A stretch of DNA of 64,000 nucleotides, taken from positions 1-64,000 of the forward strand of contig LVLI01000217.1 of the NCBI GenBank assembly GCA_001687465.1. Reading direction: 5' to 3'. The position numbers were made by a program, and so were the translations under genes. The stretch is from Halocafeteria seosinensis (Eukaryota). The notes under the pieces are model-generated. The model worked only from the letters and a program-made list of their open reading frames with translations. It had not been told where the DNA came from and made no database searches. How positions within the stretch are numbered: position 1 is the stretch's first letter; each line of letters opens with the position of its first letter. Below, piece after piece: positions 1 through 12,928 of the stretch.

Positions 1-282
1 GTTCACGGCTGTCCATTGTGTCCTTATCAGAGATTAAGGGTAAGAAAACCATACAGAAAGAAAGATTAACGATGATAATGCAATTTGATATGCTTGAATG
101 TTCTTTAATTCCACTTTAATATGCTTAATAATGGGTTCACATTCTTCCTTCACAAAACTGGCAAATTTCGAAATATCGGGGGCACAGGCGCTTTTTCCGG
201 TGGTGCGCCCCCGCAAAACATCGGGGGCAAAGTGCGGAAAAGGAAATATCCCAGCTCTGCAGGGGAGGCGATAAGCTCATAC

Positions 283-643
283 ATCTGCGCATAACATCTT
301 TGCATTGTTTATAGAACGCTTGGATATGGTCTCTGTGAATCTGCAGGAGCGAGCATTCCTTTGTCCCTGGTGTTGCTGTTATCGGCAATTTCCTGGCACC
401 TGCATACCTGTGTACTAATTTTCTGGTTCCCTGAAGTGGCTCGAAGTAAGCATATAGCTTCTGTCGATTCCCTTGGTACATCTGTTTGCAGGCAGAGAGC
501 TCGTCGTCAACACACGTAAGTGAATGCGAATAACACGATCAGAGAGAATACTTACATGACTTCGTGGTCATGTATACGGCGTGCTCCCTCCTGTCTTTAT
601 ACAGCTGCTCCAGAGCTCGTAGGAACTCGTCCGGGGACAACAT
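283..643 (-). CDS. SRP14: Signal recognition particle subunit SRP14 (3' end unresolved)
   Basis: Spliced reading MLSPDEFLRALEQLYKDRREHAVYMTTKS|YVPRESTEAICLLRATSGNQKISTQ|IHRDHIQAFYKQCKDVMRR matches the SRP14 motifs (FL..L..L, CLLRATDGKKKIST). GT-AG introns at about 482-555 and 342-407; a further intron probably starts at 282. Confidence 0.8.
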
Positions 644-1054
644 CCTCCTTGCTTTATCCGACTCTATCTACTCCTTCCAAACCTTTTTGAACAATTCCAC
701 GGAGCAAAAGCAGAACACATCCGTCTACCTTACAAGAAACAAAAGGTATATATACTTTACTGTATAGTGTACGGCTTCGTATATACGCGATCACGAGACA
801 AGTGCTGAACCGGACAATCTTTTCGACCACTCTTTATAACGCCTTTTTGCGGCCTCGTTTAGAGAGTAGCTCGTGATCATAGGGGATGATTTCTGTGATC
901 AAAGTGCCTCAAGATACCACTGTCCTCTTTCTTAGCACGACCTTGGTAACTCTCACGGGGCGATCTGGAGTGAAAACAGACCAACAAAAGAGGTCGTTCC
1001 GGCTCGCTTCACCTACGTTTAACACGATATACACAGTCAATCCGACCGTCTGCT

Positions 1055-2662
1055 ATGCCTCCGCGTAAGATCAGGAAGTCTGCAGCTGCCTCTTCATCCT
1101 CCGCTACTGTTTCCAGACCGAACGAGTCCTCTCAGGAAGAGTCGGCCGAGGATTCATCCTCTCCCAAGAGGCAGAAAGTATCAGGCCATTGGGAGGATGC
1201 ATCGTCCGCCTCAGCATCCTCGCTGTTATGGACGGGAGCACGCTCCAGCAGCAAGTTTGGTCCACCCTCCACTCTCAACGCGGGACGATCGCTGATCCAG
1301 GAAGCATCTTCAGCTACTGTCCGACCCCCCACAACATTCAAGCCTTCAGCCTCCTCATCAGCAACGACAGATAAAGATGACGACGACGACAATGATGATG
1401 ATGATGACAGTGACGAAGAAGAGAAGAAGAAAAAGAAGAAGGTGCCGAAGAAGAAAACGGCCAGTAAACGACCCACCGGGACTGCATCGTCCTCGACTCG
1501 GTCAAGTACAACAAAAAGGAGTTCTGTCCGTTCGTCTACGGCGCCCTCCTCCGCAATGTCCAGCAGCAGTTCTGCAGCGGCGGCTTCCGCAGCTTCAGGC
1601 AATGAGCTAGTCGTTCGTGATCAACAGTCAAGTACCAGCACCGCTGTTAGACAACAGGGGCGTGAACGTCCAGTAGCTCAGACGAAGAATGGAGTACGCC
1701 AGTTTGTAGAGACCTCAGTCGGCATTCGCCTTTTTTTACAGTAAGTAGATTCAAGGGAAAAGTCACTTTTCTTAAAACGATGCTTAATGTTTTTTTTTGT
1801 GCCCGTCAGGAATTGCATGTCTACAGTCGACTTACAAGCTAAACCGGACTTGGCATATATTGCTACCCATGCACGGAATGCGGATTTCAATCCCAAGGTG
1901 TGAATACCTCATTCAGATACCGTCGACTCGCCGAAAGCTCACCTTTTCTCTCTGTCTCGATTAATTCTTCCGCAGAGATTTCCGGCAGTATTCGTAAAAT
2001 TAAGAGAACCGAAAGCAACGGCTTTAGTGTTTAGTTCGGGAAAGGTATGTGTAGCGGCAACTACCCTGCCTCCTTCCTCTTGCATCGAATGATTTCGTTC
2101 GTCACAGATGGTTATTATTGGGGCTCAAAACGAGGACGGATCGCGCTTAGCCGCCAAAAAGATGGCTCGAATTCTTCAGGTAAGTAGATGTTCCAATGAG
2201 TACGGAATATAAGAAGTAAAACACCGACATGTACTATTAATCTTCTCTTTCTTGCAGCGGCTGGGGTTCAATGTTTCCTTCAACAAATTTACGATCCAAA
2301 ACCTTGTTGGAACCGGGGATGTTTCATTCCCAATTCGTTTGGAGGGACTTGCAGACGAGCACGGAAGGTTTACAAGTGTACGTACAATGTAGCATGGTTT
2401 CGTAGTCTTCTCTGACACATGGTCTTCGTTTCCGTGCTTGCAGTACGAGCCTGAGCTTTTCGCCGGTCTGGTCTATCGGATGCAAAACCCTCAGGTAGTT
2501 CTTCTAATTTATGTCTCCGGAAAGGTAGTAATTACGGGAGCAAGATCAAGGGGAACCATTGTTCAGGCGTTCGAGAGAATATATCCCGTCCTGCTCAAAT
2601 ATAGAAAGAACCCCTTGCCAGAACAAGCGACCCAAGGTGCTGCCGCTTCGAGTGCATCGTAG
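1055..2662 (+). CDS. TBP: TATA-binding protein family factor with about 220-aa low-complexity N-terminal extension
   Basis: Introns 1741-1809, 1898-1975, 2045-2107, 2180-2257 and 2378-2443 give [80 protein letters not shown], i.e. both TBP core repeats. Confidence 0.95.
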
Positions 2663-3263
2663 AGTGGGTTACTGTACACAGTAGCATTAGTTGATTGATG
2701 TCACTGGGTTGAAATGGAGGAAGACATGGAAGGTTTTCGGCTTGAATCATATTCACTCGATTGGTAAATAATTACTCAAGAGAGCAGTAAATTTGAGGTA
2801 GTGCTCTTACGTAGTGAGCCTGATCCAGAGAAATTCGAGGAAGAATGTGACATCTTGTTCAACTGCTGTACAGCCAACAAGTGCATACTTTTTCCTGACA
2901 TAATTATCAGGATTCGATGGGGATCTTACGGCAAGGGAAGGCGATTCGGCACCTTTTCTCTTTCAAGAGTTCTACCTATTATCTACTTCAATTTTCTCCA
3001 CCGCCAAATTGCCGACCCAAAATTCAAATCGGGGGAGACCGATGTTTCAAATCGCCTGCAAGATGCGACTAGGGGTTGGTGGATGACCAATTCCATTGCA
3101 TAAGTCGGTTTGTTGCTCTTCCGAGTAAAGGACACTGTTATTCACACCTGGTCTCTACTTTTCCTCTGAGTGTGCGTGTGTGCTTGAAGAGCATTGAGGC
3201 TGGTTTTGTTTCGTCTTGGCTTTCTTTTTTTTTGAATTGTACACTTCCAAGCGCGTTTATTTC

Positions 3264-4389
3264 ATGATGTCTTCGAAAGAAGAAACCAGTACCAAGATAC
3301 CCGAGGACCATACATTTGATGCAAATGCTGCTCGTATGGAACGCGTATTCATCAGCATCAGTGGGCTGATTGGAGCAGGTACGAAATTGCACATCCCCAC
3401 TGTGGAAATCAAACACACATGTATAGGGGGGCTTTCTTCTATTACAAGGAACCTTGGCGTTGATTCTCCAAATGAACCCCCAGAATAGCCTTGATTTGTG
3501 TGTTCAGCATGAATGAGTGCTGTGGTGTGCTGACTAACTTCTCGTTTAACGACTTTGTACAACGCTCTGCAGGGAAAACCACGTTAGCCAAAGCTTTGGC
3601 CGAACGGCTACATTTGCCTCATTACGAGGAGCCCGTCCATGACAATGCCTACCTGCAAGATTTCTACCAAGATATGAAGAAGTACTCGTTCCCCATGCAA
3701 GTATACCTACTTAACAAACGGTTCTCTCAGCAGCAACAGATAATCTGGTCGAACCGTGGAGGAGTCCAAGATAGAACCATATACGAAGATTCCGTGTTTG
3801 CAAAGGTCAGTTTTGACTGTGGATTCACACTATCAAATTTCCACATGAATAACTTTGCGTGTCTTGTGCACCACAGATGTTAAGAGACGCAGGCCTAATG
3901 GAAGAGCGCGACTACGAGACCTACCTAGACTTATTCAACCACATGGCGAATTTCATGCGGAAACCAAATATAATCGTTCATCTGGATGTGTCTCCCGAAG
4001 AATCTCTTCGAAGAATCAGAATGCGAAAGCGTGAATGCGAAGATGGTATCACTCTTGAATACCTACAGAACTTGTACGCGGCATACAACGACTTCATCAT
4101 GGACATTGCACGTGTTATCCCTGTTATCAAAGTAGACTACGACAGTTTCAGAACAGTCGAAGAGATGGCTGCAAAAATAGCTGAAGAATATGGCAGGATC
4201 GCCAATATCCGCTGTGTCAACTGGGGAGATTCCAGTCCACAGAAAGAAAATTCAGAAAACGAGTACGGGGAAAGCTCAAAGACAACGCCTGCATCGGTGC
4301 CTGCGAATAGTCCCAAAGGCAACAAAAAGAGCGTCGAGTCGTTTCACCCGAGAAGTATGATGCATGAACTAAACGGATCCAATTATTAA
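3264..4389 (+). CDS. Deoxynucleoside kinase (dNK/dGK family)
   Basis: P-loop ISISGLIGA|GKTT split by intron 3379-3572; EPV, Q.YLLN.R, DRTIYED and RI..R.R..E motifs; second intron about 3806-3876. Confidence 0.92.
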
Positions 4390-4734
4390 GACGATTACGG
4401 TTTGAGAAGAATCCACTGCCACATTCGTATTAGTACAGCAATGGACATGAAATTTCCATACCTTTATCCCAGCTTCTACCATCTTTTGGATTTACTGGTA
4501 TTTACATGTTCGTCTACCAACTTCTTGTCGCTGTGATCAGTCTGACTTTCTTGCTGGGCCCCACTGGATCATCCAGTCTGAATAATGGTGTATTTCCCGT
4601 ATTCCAAATGTATTGTACCGCTTCAAACTCGTGTACGCGTTATAACGTGCGTAGTGATACTGGGCACACCTTAACCAGTGATCGGGAAAAAAGGGGGGCC
4701 AAAATTGTTCATTTAGTCGAGAGACACGCATGCC

Positions 4735-6710
4735 ATGTCGCACGTAACTTCAACTTGCGAGGAGACACAGGAGGGATATTCATACGCTATAAGGACATCG
4801 TCTCCTGCGTCAGATCGGGTGAAATGGAAAGCCTTGGCCTCTGCCTTCCTCATGGAGGCAACGGCGGGGACGGGCTACGCGTTTGGCCTATATTCCGACG
4901 AGCTCAAAAATCACCTCCACTTTGACCAATCGCAGATTGAGTTCATTGGTACTGCAGGGAATATTGGCCTATGGACGGCGGTGGAAGGTGGTGTGATCTA
5001 TGATTCCAACGGTCCCTTTATTACCATCGTGTTGGGCATGTGCTTCAACACTGTGGGGTACCTGATGCTGTACGGAGGCTCCACACAGGTCAGTGCGGTG
5101 CTCTCGTCCCCGGCCATGATGGCTATCGCTATGGCCATTGGGTCGCATGGGAGTGCCTACATAAGCACTACGGCAGTATCGACGAACGTTAAAAACTTTG
5201 GACCAGATAAAGGGAAAGCCCTGGGGCTCCTAAAGGCATTTTTGGGACTCTCAGCCAGTTTACTTGCATCCGTGTACACACTGGTGTTTCAACCGCATGT
5301 AAATAACTTCCTGCTGTTTCAAGCACTAGTGATTCCAATTCTGCTTCTGATCAGCTTGTTTATCGGGCACAAGGTGTCTCCCTTGGTAAGTACACTCCCA
5401 TCAAGAACCAGAGTTGTACGCCGACATGGAAGTTTTAAATGCATTCTTCTACAGAAACATTCTGCTGATTCCATAAGCTCTGCTATCACAAAAAGAAGAC
5501 TAGGATGGGGATACGTTCTTGTCATTGTCCTAGGAGTATACGTTTTGACCACAAGTGTACTACTCCAACTGCATGTCCTTGCCCGAAAATGGGAATGGCT
5601 CCTAGGATCTATAGCCTTGATTGTCGCCCTGACTACCTTTATAGGACGCTCTGGAGCTGCATCAGACACTGTAACAACTAAAGGGTTTACACCCCTGGTC
5701 GATGCTACTCGCGGAGGGAACATGCCAGAAGAGGAGAACAGTCGAAGCAGGAACGTTTCTCTCAGTCACTTGTTTCCAGTGCCCCTGGGCGAAATTTCCG
5801 AAACTGTTCACGAGGGCTCTGTGAGTTTTACTTTCTGCCAGAAACTAAAGAAGAAGTTTTCCGATATGGGAATGTTTTTGAAAGATTGGAAATTCTACGC
5901 GTTGTTTCTTGCCCTTTTCTCCATCCTTGGGAGTGGAATAACTGTGATCAATAATGTTGGAAGTTTGGTCAAGGCGTTGGATCCCCGCTCCGACAATGTC
6001 AGCACTTACGTAGTTGCCGTTAGTATCGGAAACTGCTTCGGGAGAATTACCACCGGTTTTATATCCGATGGGCTCTCACGAAAGTGTAGTCGATCTTTCA
6101 TAATTGCCGTCGACTCTTTTCTGATGTCAGTGGCGATGCTTTTGTTTGCACTGACTACAACGACTACGTTCCTGTATTTCCCGTGTCTACTTACGGGTAA
6201 GTCTACTTGATACTTACCGTTCGTTGCTTGTAGATTCACTGAGTGTTGCACCCAAGTGCACCACAGGATTTGCATATGGAGGCATGTGGCCTCTGTGGTT
6301 AGCCCTAATTTCCGATATCTGGGGTGAATCAAATTTCGGTTCCCTGGTTACTCTTCTAGCGCTAGCACCCGCCAGCGCGAGTCTACTCCTCAGTCAGCAA
6401 GTAAGTCAGACAGCACCAAAACACATCAGTCTGCCTAATGGAAGTGTGCGGGCTTTATTATTCTTGACAGCTGAGCTCCCGTGTCTACCAGATGCATATC
6501 GAAAATAACAGTGGCTATGATTGCTATGGTCAAGACTGTTACCAGTTGACTTTCTTAGTCCTTTTGGCGTTTTCGTTAACCGCTACATGCTTAATGACGG
6601 TTCTGGGAAAACTTCAGGACAATGCTAAGAAAGAAATATCTATAGATCGGACGCACCAGGAGCAGCAACTGTGGGACTCAATCGTAGGCACGGGAGTAAA
6701 CCCATCGTGA
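4735..6710 (+). CDS. Nodulin-like major facilitator superfamily transporter
   Basis: Many hydrophobic segments; GTGYAFGLYS, KGKALGLLKAFLGLS, GRITTGFISD and C-terminal CYGQDCY motifs; introns near 5386, 6197 and 6401. Confidence 0.88.
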
Positions 6711-6858
6711 ATGTAGAATTACCAGTGTTTCAACGTCATCGACGCCTGTACGACGAGAATTATGTTCTGGATATAAATTGTGGATGTCAGATATTCCTCT
6801 TGATACAATAGATTGCGTGATATTCCCACGGCACAAGGAAGTGTTAGGCAAAAGAAAA

Positions 6859-9800
6859 CTACTGCAACGACTTCTCGATATCTTTTGTTAAATCGGAGTA
6901 AGTTGAATAGGTTGCCGCCAAATTGGGAGGTAGCTTAGGGGTATTCTCTTGTTCCGTCTTCGGAAATCGTGAGAGACAGGTATTTCGGACGAAGTTGGCA
7001 TGCTTCTCTGTTTTTGTGAGCGTATCACTTGTACTGATTTTAAACGCAAGTTGCGCGCAAATCCACAGAATATATTTCGAGGACGCTTCATCCGTTGCTG
7101 AAGTTACGCCGAGAAATTTAAGACGATCATCTTCCGCCGCCGAGAGAAACGCATCTGAACACCGTTGCAGATGTAGGTGTTTACCATCCCAGCGTAGTAT
7201 CGCTTCAATCATTGCAAGCACATGCTTTCTGACGTCGCCTTCGTCCTGCCCCGTCTGACGGAAATCCAGAGTAGATGGCTCAATGAGAGCATTATCCACG
7301 CAGGGGAGCAGGTCTTCGAGATGCGATGCCACATCGTTAACTACTTCCTCCACTAGTCCCTTTAAGGTTTCGTTTTTGTCCTTTTGAAACGAACATAATA
7401 TGATGAAGTAACGACACAAGTCGACCAAGAACCGAGAGCCCTCCTTACTGGTCTTTGCCTTGGAGAGGGACTTAGGTAGATGCGGTGGTAGCTCTTGGAC
7501 AACCTTCCGATGAAGGAGCACTGTAGCTAGGTTTTTGAGAGTTTCTTCACAGACTTCATCGTCTCGATTGAGCATTCTAAGGAGAATTTGATTCATAATT
7601 GCCAGCGATATTGCACGGCACACCGTTGAGGCTCTCCGGTTGCACACAAACGAAGTCAATTTCTCGGAGGGTGAAGTCAATTCATTTAGACCCGCCACGT
7701 TCCACTGTTGCAAATTGTGAACAACTGTAGTATATAATGAGATATCTACTTTTTGATTTTGATCCTCTCCAACTAACGATAGATCGCGGAGAAATGCTCG
7801 AAACTTTGCAGGCAGTGAAGGTCGGGGAGTCTTCGACGCAACCCCAGTGGAGGAATTCGCACTACAGCCTGTGTTTGGAGATCCTTGCTTCTCTGAAGGT
7901 TTATTGTTCAAATCATTCGATGCAGACTCTGCGGCGGCAGCGGAAGCATCAGGTGCTCTTGCAGCCTCAAGAGACTTTTGCGATCCAGACGCGGAGGCTT
8001 TCCTGTTCTGGAACATGGCAAGTAATGGACCCTGTTTACGCGAGGATGCAGTTGATTGCGTCTTCCCTGGAGGCTGAGAGCTAGACAGTTCGTCTTTCGG
8101 CGCAGAGACACCGCCTGAAGTAGACTCGACATGGATAGTTGAGGATGAAGCGCTAACAGCTGCTGAGCTTGCGGGATTAGCTTGCTTTTTCTCTTTCAGA
8201 GCCTTTACCATTTCCTCGGCTTTATTTGTGTCTTTCTGGAGTTGTTTTGCGACTTTCGTGCATTGTTTCGCTGCAGTTTGCGCAGCGGCTTCGATAGACG
8301 CGCCTTCCCACACTGATGCAAATCCAGGAAGGGATATTACTCGGGAGTTCCTGAAGGGCTGCTCTGACAAATTGCTTTGTAGCAACTTCTTCAAATTTTG
8401 GTACTGTTCATAATGACGCTGCAACAGTTCTAAATTGTTACGAGCGTCCTTCGCTTTCGTTAACAGTGGCGAGGTAGCTATATGATTCAATTCACCGTTA
8501 GCAGAAACTGCGGTCTCTATTGTTCCAATAGAATTGCGGCATTTCGCTTCTACCTCAAGGGATTCCTTAATCTCTTCTTCAGGCCATTCTTGTTCTGTTT
8601 CAATGTTGCTGGGAGAGTCCTTGGTGTTTTCGTCAGTCAAAGGATATATCGGAGTCATTCTTAAGGGCTCGAATAGCTTGCAATACCCAGCAAACTGGCT
8701 TCCATTTTCCGTCGTGAACGCATCGGAGGCATAGAAAAGACTGAATACCTGAGCATTGCCTCCTCCTGCGCCGCCAATCCCTTTTTGCTCACTGGTTGCA
8801 TTATTAATCTTCGCTGCGAACCCTTCTAGAGGTGCTCGGCTCTCGGTTTTCTTTTTGCCTTCGGGGGCATCTTTGCAATCCGTGTCTCCGTCACTTCCGT
8901 CCTCGTAGGTAATTTGATCATCTTCTACCAACCACGGGTCAGTATAATCCAGTTGATCTGGTTTCTTCTCTTGCCCATCCCCTTGTTCATTATCGTCATC
9001 GTTGCCATCCTGGGACGCTGATTCGCTCTCTATATCATCACCGTCTTCCTCATCGTTTTCCCATTCTTCGTCCGAGTCTATTTCATAGTTAGTTTTCGAG
9101 TTAGGTTCTTTAAGAAACGGCCGACGTCCATTCAATTGGGTGAAATTTTGAATGCCTTGAATAAAAGTTCCCCAGTAAGGAGGACGGTTGTTCTCAAAAA
9201 ACGACAAGAACTTACAGCGTCCGAACTTCGAGGGGATGACTCGACCATCCACTGTCCTGAGACTGTTCGTCGCGCTCTCTTGTTTAGACATAGACCCATC
9301 TTGCGGTTTTATTGAAGGGGCCTCTACTTTACTGGGGGCAATGTTAATGTCCTCCAGTACAACTGGTTCATCCGTCAGTACTCCATTCTCCAGATGGTGT
9401 ATACCCTCCAAATCGCGGTTCACTTTCCGTCTCCATTTTTCTCGTCTTTTTTCCCTATCTCCCTTTCGACCCTTCCTGCATTCCTTCACATACTCAAAGA
9501 AGGCGGTCTTCACCGCTTCCACAGACTTGTGAGTGGAAGAATATACTTCTTCGTCTATCGCCGCAGCGCTTTGTGTATGCTCCTCACCATGACTCTTATT
9601 TACGTGCCTGGTCGTTTCAGGGACGGTGCTAAAGTTTCGGCTGCGCTTTTTTGGAGACAAGAATTGGGCCAAGACAGCTCTTTGCTTATTAATTTTTTCC
9701 TCCTTGGCTTGTCTCTCTTGCTCACGCTTTTGCTCCTCTCTTTCTTTCTCCTTTTGTTTCTGCTCTTCTGCCTGCTTCTTTTCTTCCTCTCGCTGTCGTT

Positions 9801-12420
9801 TCCGAGATTCACGCAACCGTTCTTTTTCCTTTTCCGCTTCTATCTTTTTTCTTTGAGCCTCTTGTTTTGCTTCATGAGCCGCTTCTGCCTTGTATATTTC
9901 ACTCTCTTCCTTGCGTGTAGCATCCGCTACCTTCTTCTCCAACTCTTCGATTTTCGTTTGCCCTTTCTTTTTGAAATGGTATCCGTCAATGAGTGAGCAT
10001 GTCGTGGAAATGCGACGGCCCGCAAGGCGCAACAGTTTTCGCACTTGGCGTTCCGATTGCTTCACTTCCGCAGGGAGAACGTCATCAACTATCGATTCCC
10101 ATCGCCACAAACACTCTACAGAGGTGCTAGAGTCACTATCAGAACTGTAGTACCTGACATCAGATCGAAGATCGAGCATTAACGCATCCTCTAAGTTTGT
10201 GGAGCCCTCTGGTCTCTTCATAGACATCCGAGAAAGAAACCTCTCAGAGGAATTGCTGGCCCCGTAATTCTTTCTCCGCATGCAGACTTGCATAGTTGCC
10301 TTCAGGATACTCTTCAATTTTTCATCGGCTTGATTAGGGTCCTTGTCAAATAGCACTTTACAAAGACTATCCGTTATCGAGGGCAACGTGGCAGCGCTAC
10401 CGTGCACGAGCCCCGAAATCATTTTCTTGTACTCAGAAGGGAATTTCGAAGCATAGTCCGCTGTGCTGATGGTGTCAGTAGCATCATTTCCTGTAGCAGA
10501 TTCAACTGTGAGGCTGTCCGGCGTGAAGGAAGCTCTAAATTCCTTCAAAGCTTCGACAACGTGGTCATTGGTACAATAAGGCCCCAGCACGGCCACAGCG
10601 CCAATCGGAGATCTCAACTCTCTAGCCCATGTTTCCGGATCGGTATTGCTGGCATGTATAGGGCATACTGCTTGCTGCACTTCAGTTGCTGCGCCGACAA
10701 AGTTCTCGTAATCTTGACGGTCGTCAAGCAGGTTGTATCGCACCAATGCAGATGCAACGACTTTCCGCAGAGCCTCGAGTGTCGACAAGACCGTTGCGGA
10801 CACAGTGTCCACCGTTACCTGGTTTCTGTCCACAGCCAAGCCCTTCTTGGACGCAGATTTCTTCCCTTCAGTTGAATGGTTGGTGTCGGTAGCCGAGGTT
10901 GCGGTATCCTGTAGTGCTGTACCTCCACCGCTACTCAAAGAGGCTGCAACGGATACCTCGCCCTGCTTTGTAGTGGTGCTGCTGGTTACCACAGAGTCGC
11001 ATGTACCCCCCTTCTTGTTAGCAGTTTTTTCGGAGGCATACTGAGAACCAGAACCTTCGGTCTCTTGAACCATATGTTGATTTTCCCTGAGCTCATCTGA
11101 GTCTTTACGGATAGACGGGACCTCCTGGTATATGCCCGCTGTTTCGCTTACTGATATCGGAGTTGACTGCAGGAGTTGGACGGTAGATGAGTCTTGTGTT
11201 TCCACTTTGCTGCGAGTGGCTTCAGAGCTTTGGTTTCGTTTGTCCGCAATGTCGTTCGTCTGAACAGAAGAGACTTGTTCCTGTTGATTCATCGAGGGTT
11301 TGGCATCTGCTCCTGACACTCCAGATTCTTGTTGCACCGCAGCTTTACTTTGAGACTTTTGAGTCTGTCTACTCCGACCTTTAGAAGTACTGGCTTTGCT
11401 AGATGAAGCCTGTCTACCTCCACGTTTTCCCTTGGATGTCCCCGCAGTAGCAGATGTCTTCTTATTCCCTGTTTTCTTTGCAGTTGCTCCCCCATCCTTT
11501 TTCCCCTCCAGCTCTGAGTGCTGCTTATTCGCTTGTTCTTTGCCCGGGAGCTTTGCTTCCCTTTTGGGGGTAGTTCTTGTACCCGAGGTTTTCGATGTCT
11601 TTTTCGAACCTTTGGTCTTGGAGCGTTGCTGTAATGGTTCCGTTGGTGAGCTTGACGAATTAGTCGAGGTACTCTGAGGGTCCTGGTTCTGCGTGTCTGC
11701 CTGAGCAACAGCAACACCGTCTGTGGCCGCACCAGGGCCTGTTTGAGAACCGTCAACAGTTGAGCTATTCTGGACATCCACATCGGAATTCACCTCCTCT
11801 CCATCTGCAAATGATGGTTGAGGTATTTTGTTCTGCGACTGATTCTCAGTGCCTCCGAAATTGTCCTTACGTTGTTCTGCTTCAGGTGTTGCCGTTCGCG
11901 TGAAGTCATGTTGATCAGAGGAACTAGGATCCTTGGTAGCAGAGCCTTTGTTTTCATCTGAAGGAACATCAGAGTCACCAGATGCTTTACTGGTATCGTT
12001 CTCCGCAGCTGGATCATCTTTGCGGCTTTTCTTCGTTGGAGTCTCTAAGCGCTGAGGGGAGAAGAAGCTTTGAATAGAGACTTGGTTCGCTGGCCGTTTA
12101 CGTGGGGTGTTTCCTGTGGGCTTCTTCGGAGACCCCGACCGCTCTTTCGCTGAAGCTTTTGTACCTTGCGCCTCGGAAGCGTGCGCCTGTTGGGCTTCAC
12201 TGTTGTTTACCGCGCTTTCCTGCAAACAAAGAGACCAAATTCAAATGCGTGTTCAAAGTGTTGCTTGCTGCTGTAAATGAAGGACGAATCCACTTGGACT
12301 TTTCCCAACTAGCATCACAGCACCATCTCCATCTAGAGCTTTCCCTCCCCCTCTTAACGGTGTATAAACATCCCTAGCGACAAAAAGTAAGCCGGGGTGA
12401 CTTACAGCTTCTGAAGACAT
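6859..12420 (-). CDS. CHAF1A: Chromatin assembly factor 1 large subunit (p150/Cac1-like)
   Basis: KER coiled coil, KFLSFFENNRPPYWGT, RRPF, YEIDSDEEWE followed by an acidic tract, PIP-like QVSIQSFF. Probable 15-nt first exon MSSEA at 12406-12420 with intron 12220-12405. Confidence 0.88.
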
Positions 12421-12928
12421 GTTTTCGTGTACGCGCTCAATCTCTGGGTACTATTTCATTCACACCCTCCACACCAATAGCGTGTGTCAGATATTCTGTT
12501 CAATGAATGAGCAGAGGAAATCCTTGTCCGTAAGCAGTCTCCGCGGGGCGCTTGGCTTTTGTCTCTTTTTTGTTTTTTTGAAATATTGGGCGCTCTGTCC
12601 CAGTTTTCCAACCCCAATAGACTCTTCCAAATACGTGCGTAATGCCTCACGATCTCCAGTCTACTCTACAATTCTATCACTCTACTCAACCGTGTTCATC
12701 GAGTGAGAATAGTGGTTACAATCACGACATATAAAGGCATCTAGCTGACCCCTGCGTGGATTTGAATCTGTCTTCGGGCATTTGAATTACGGTAGGTTGA
12801 AGTTTGCACCAGCCCCAAGGAGTGGATGACGACAGGCTCCTGTTCCAGGGTCTGTAGAGTGTTCGATTGACTGTGTTTGGAGCCCTATATTGTAGTGGAG
12901 AGAGGATTGGTTGAAATAATACTGGACT

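Noticed and set aside
4506..4925. 139-aa ORF with signal-peptide-like start overlapping the MFS 5' end
   Set aside because: No recognisable domain; overlaps the MFS gene out of frame; may only be an upstream ORF.
9394..9996. Hydrophobic 200-aa plus-strand ORF (also 1132-1602 and 35248-35766)
   Set aside because: Antisense shadows of Lys/Glu- or Ser-rich coding regions.
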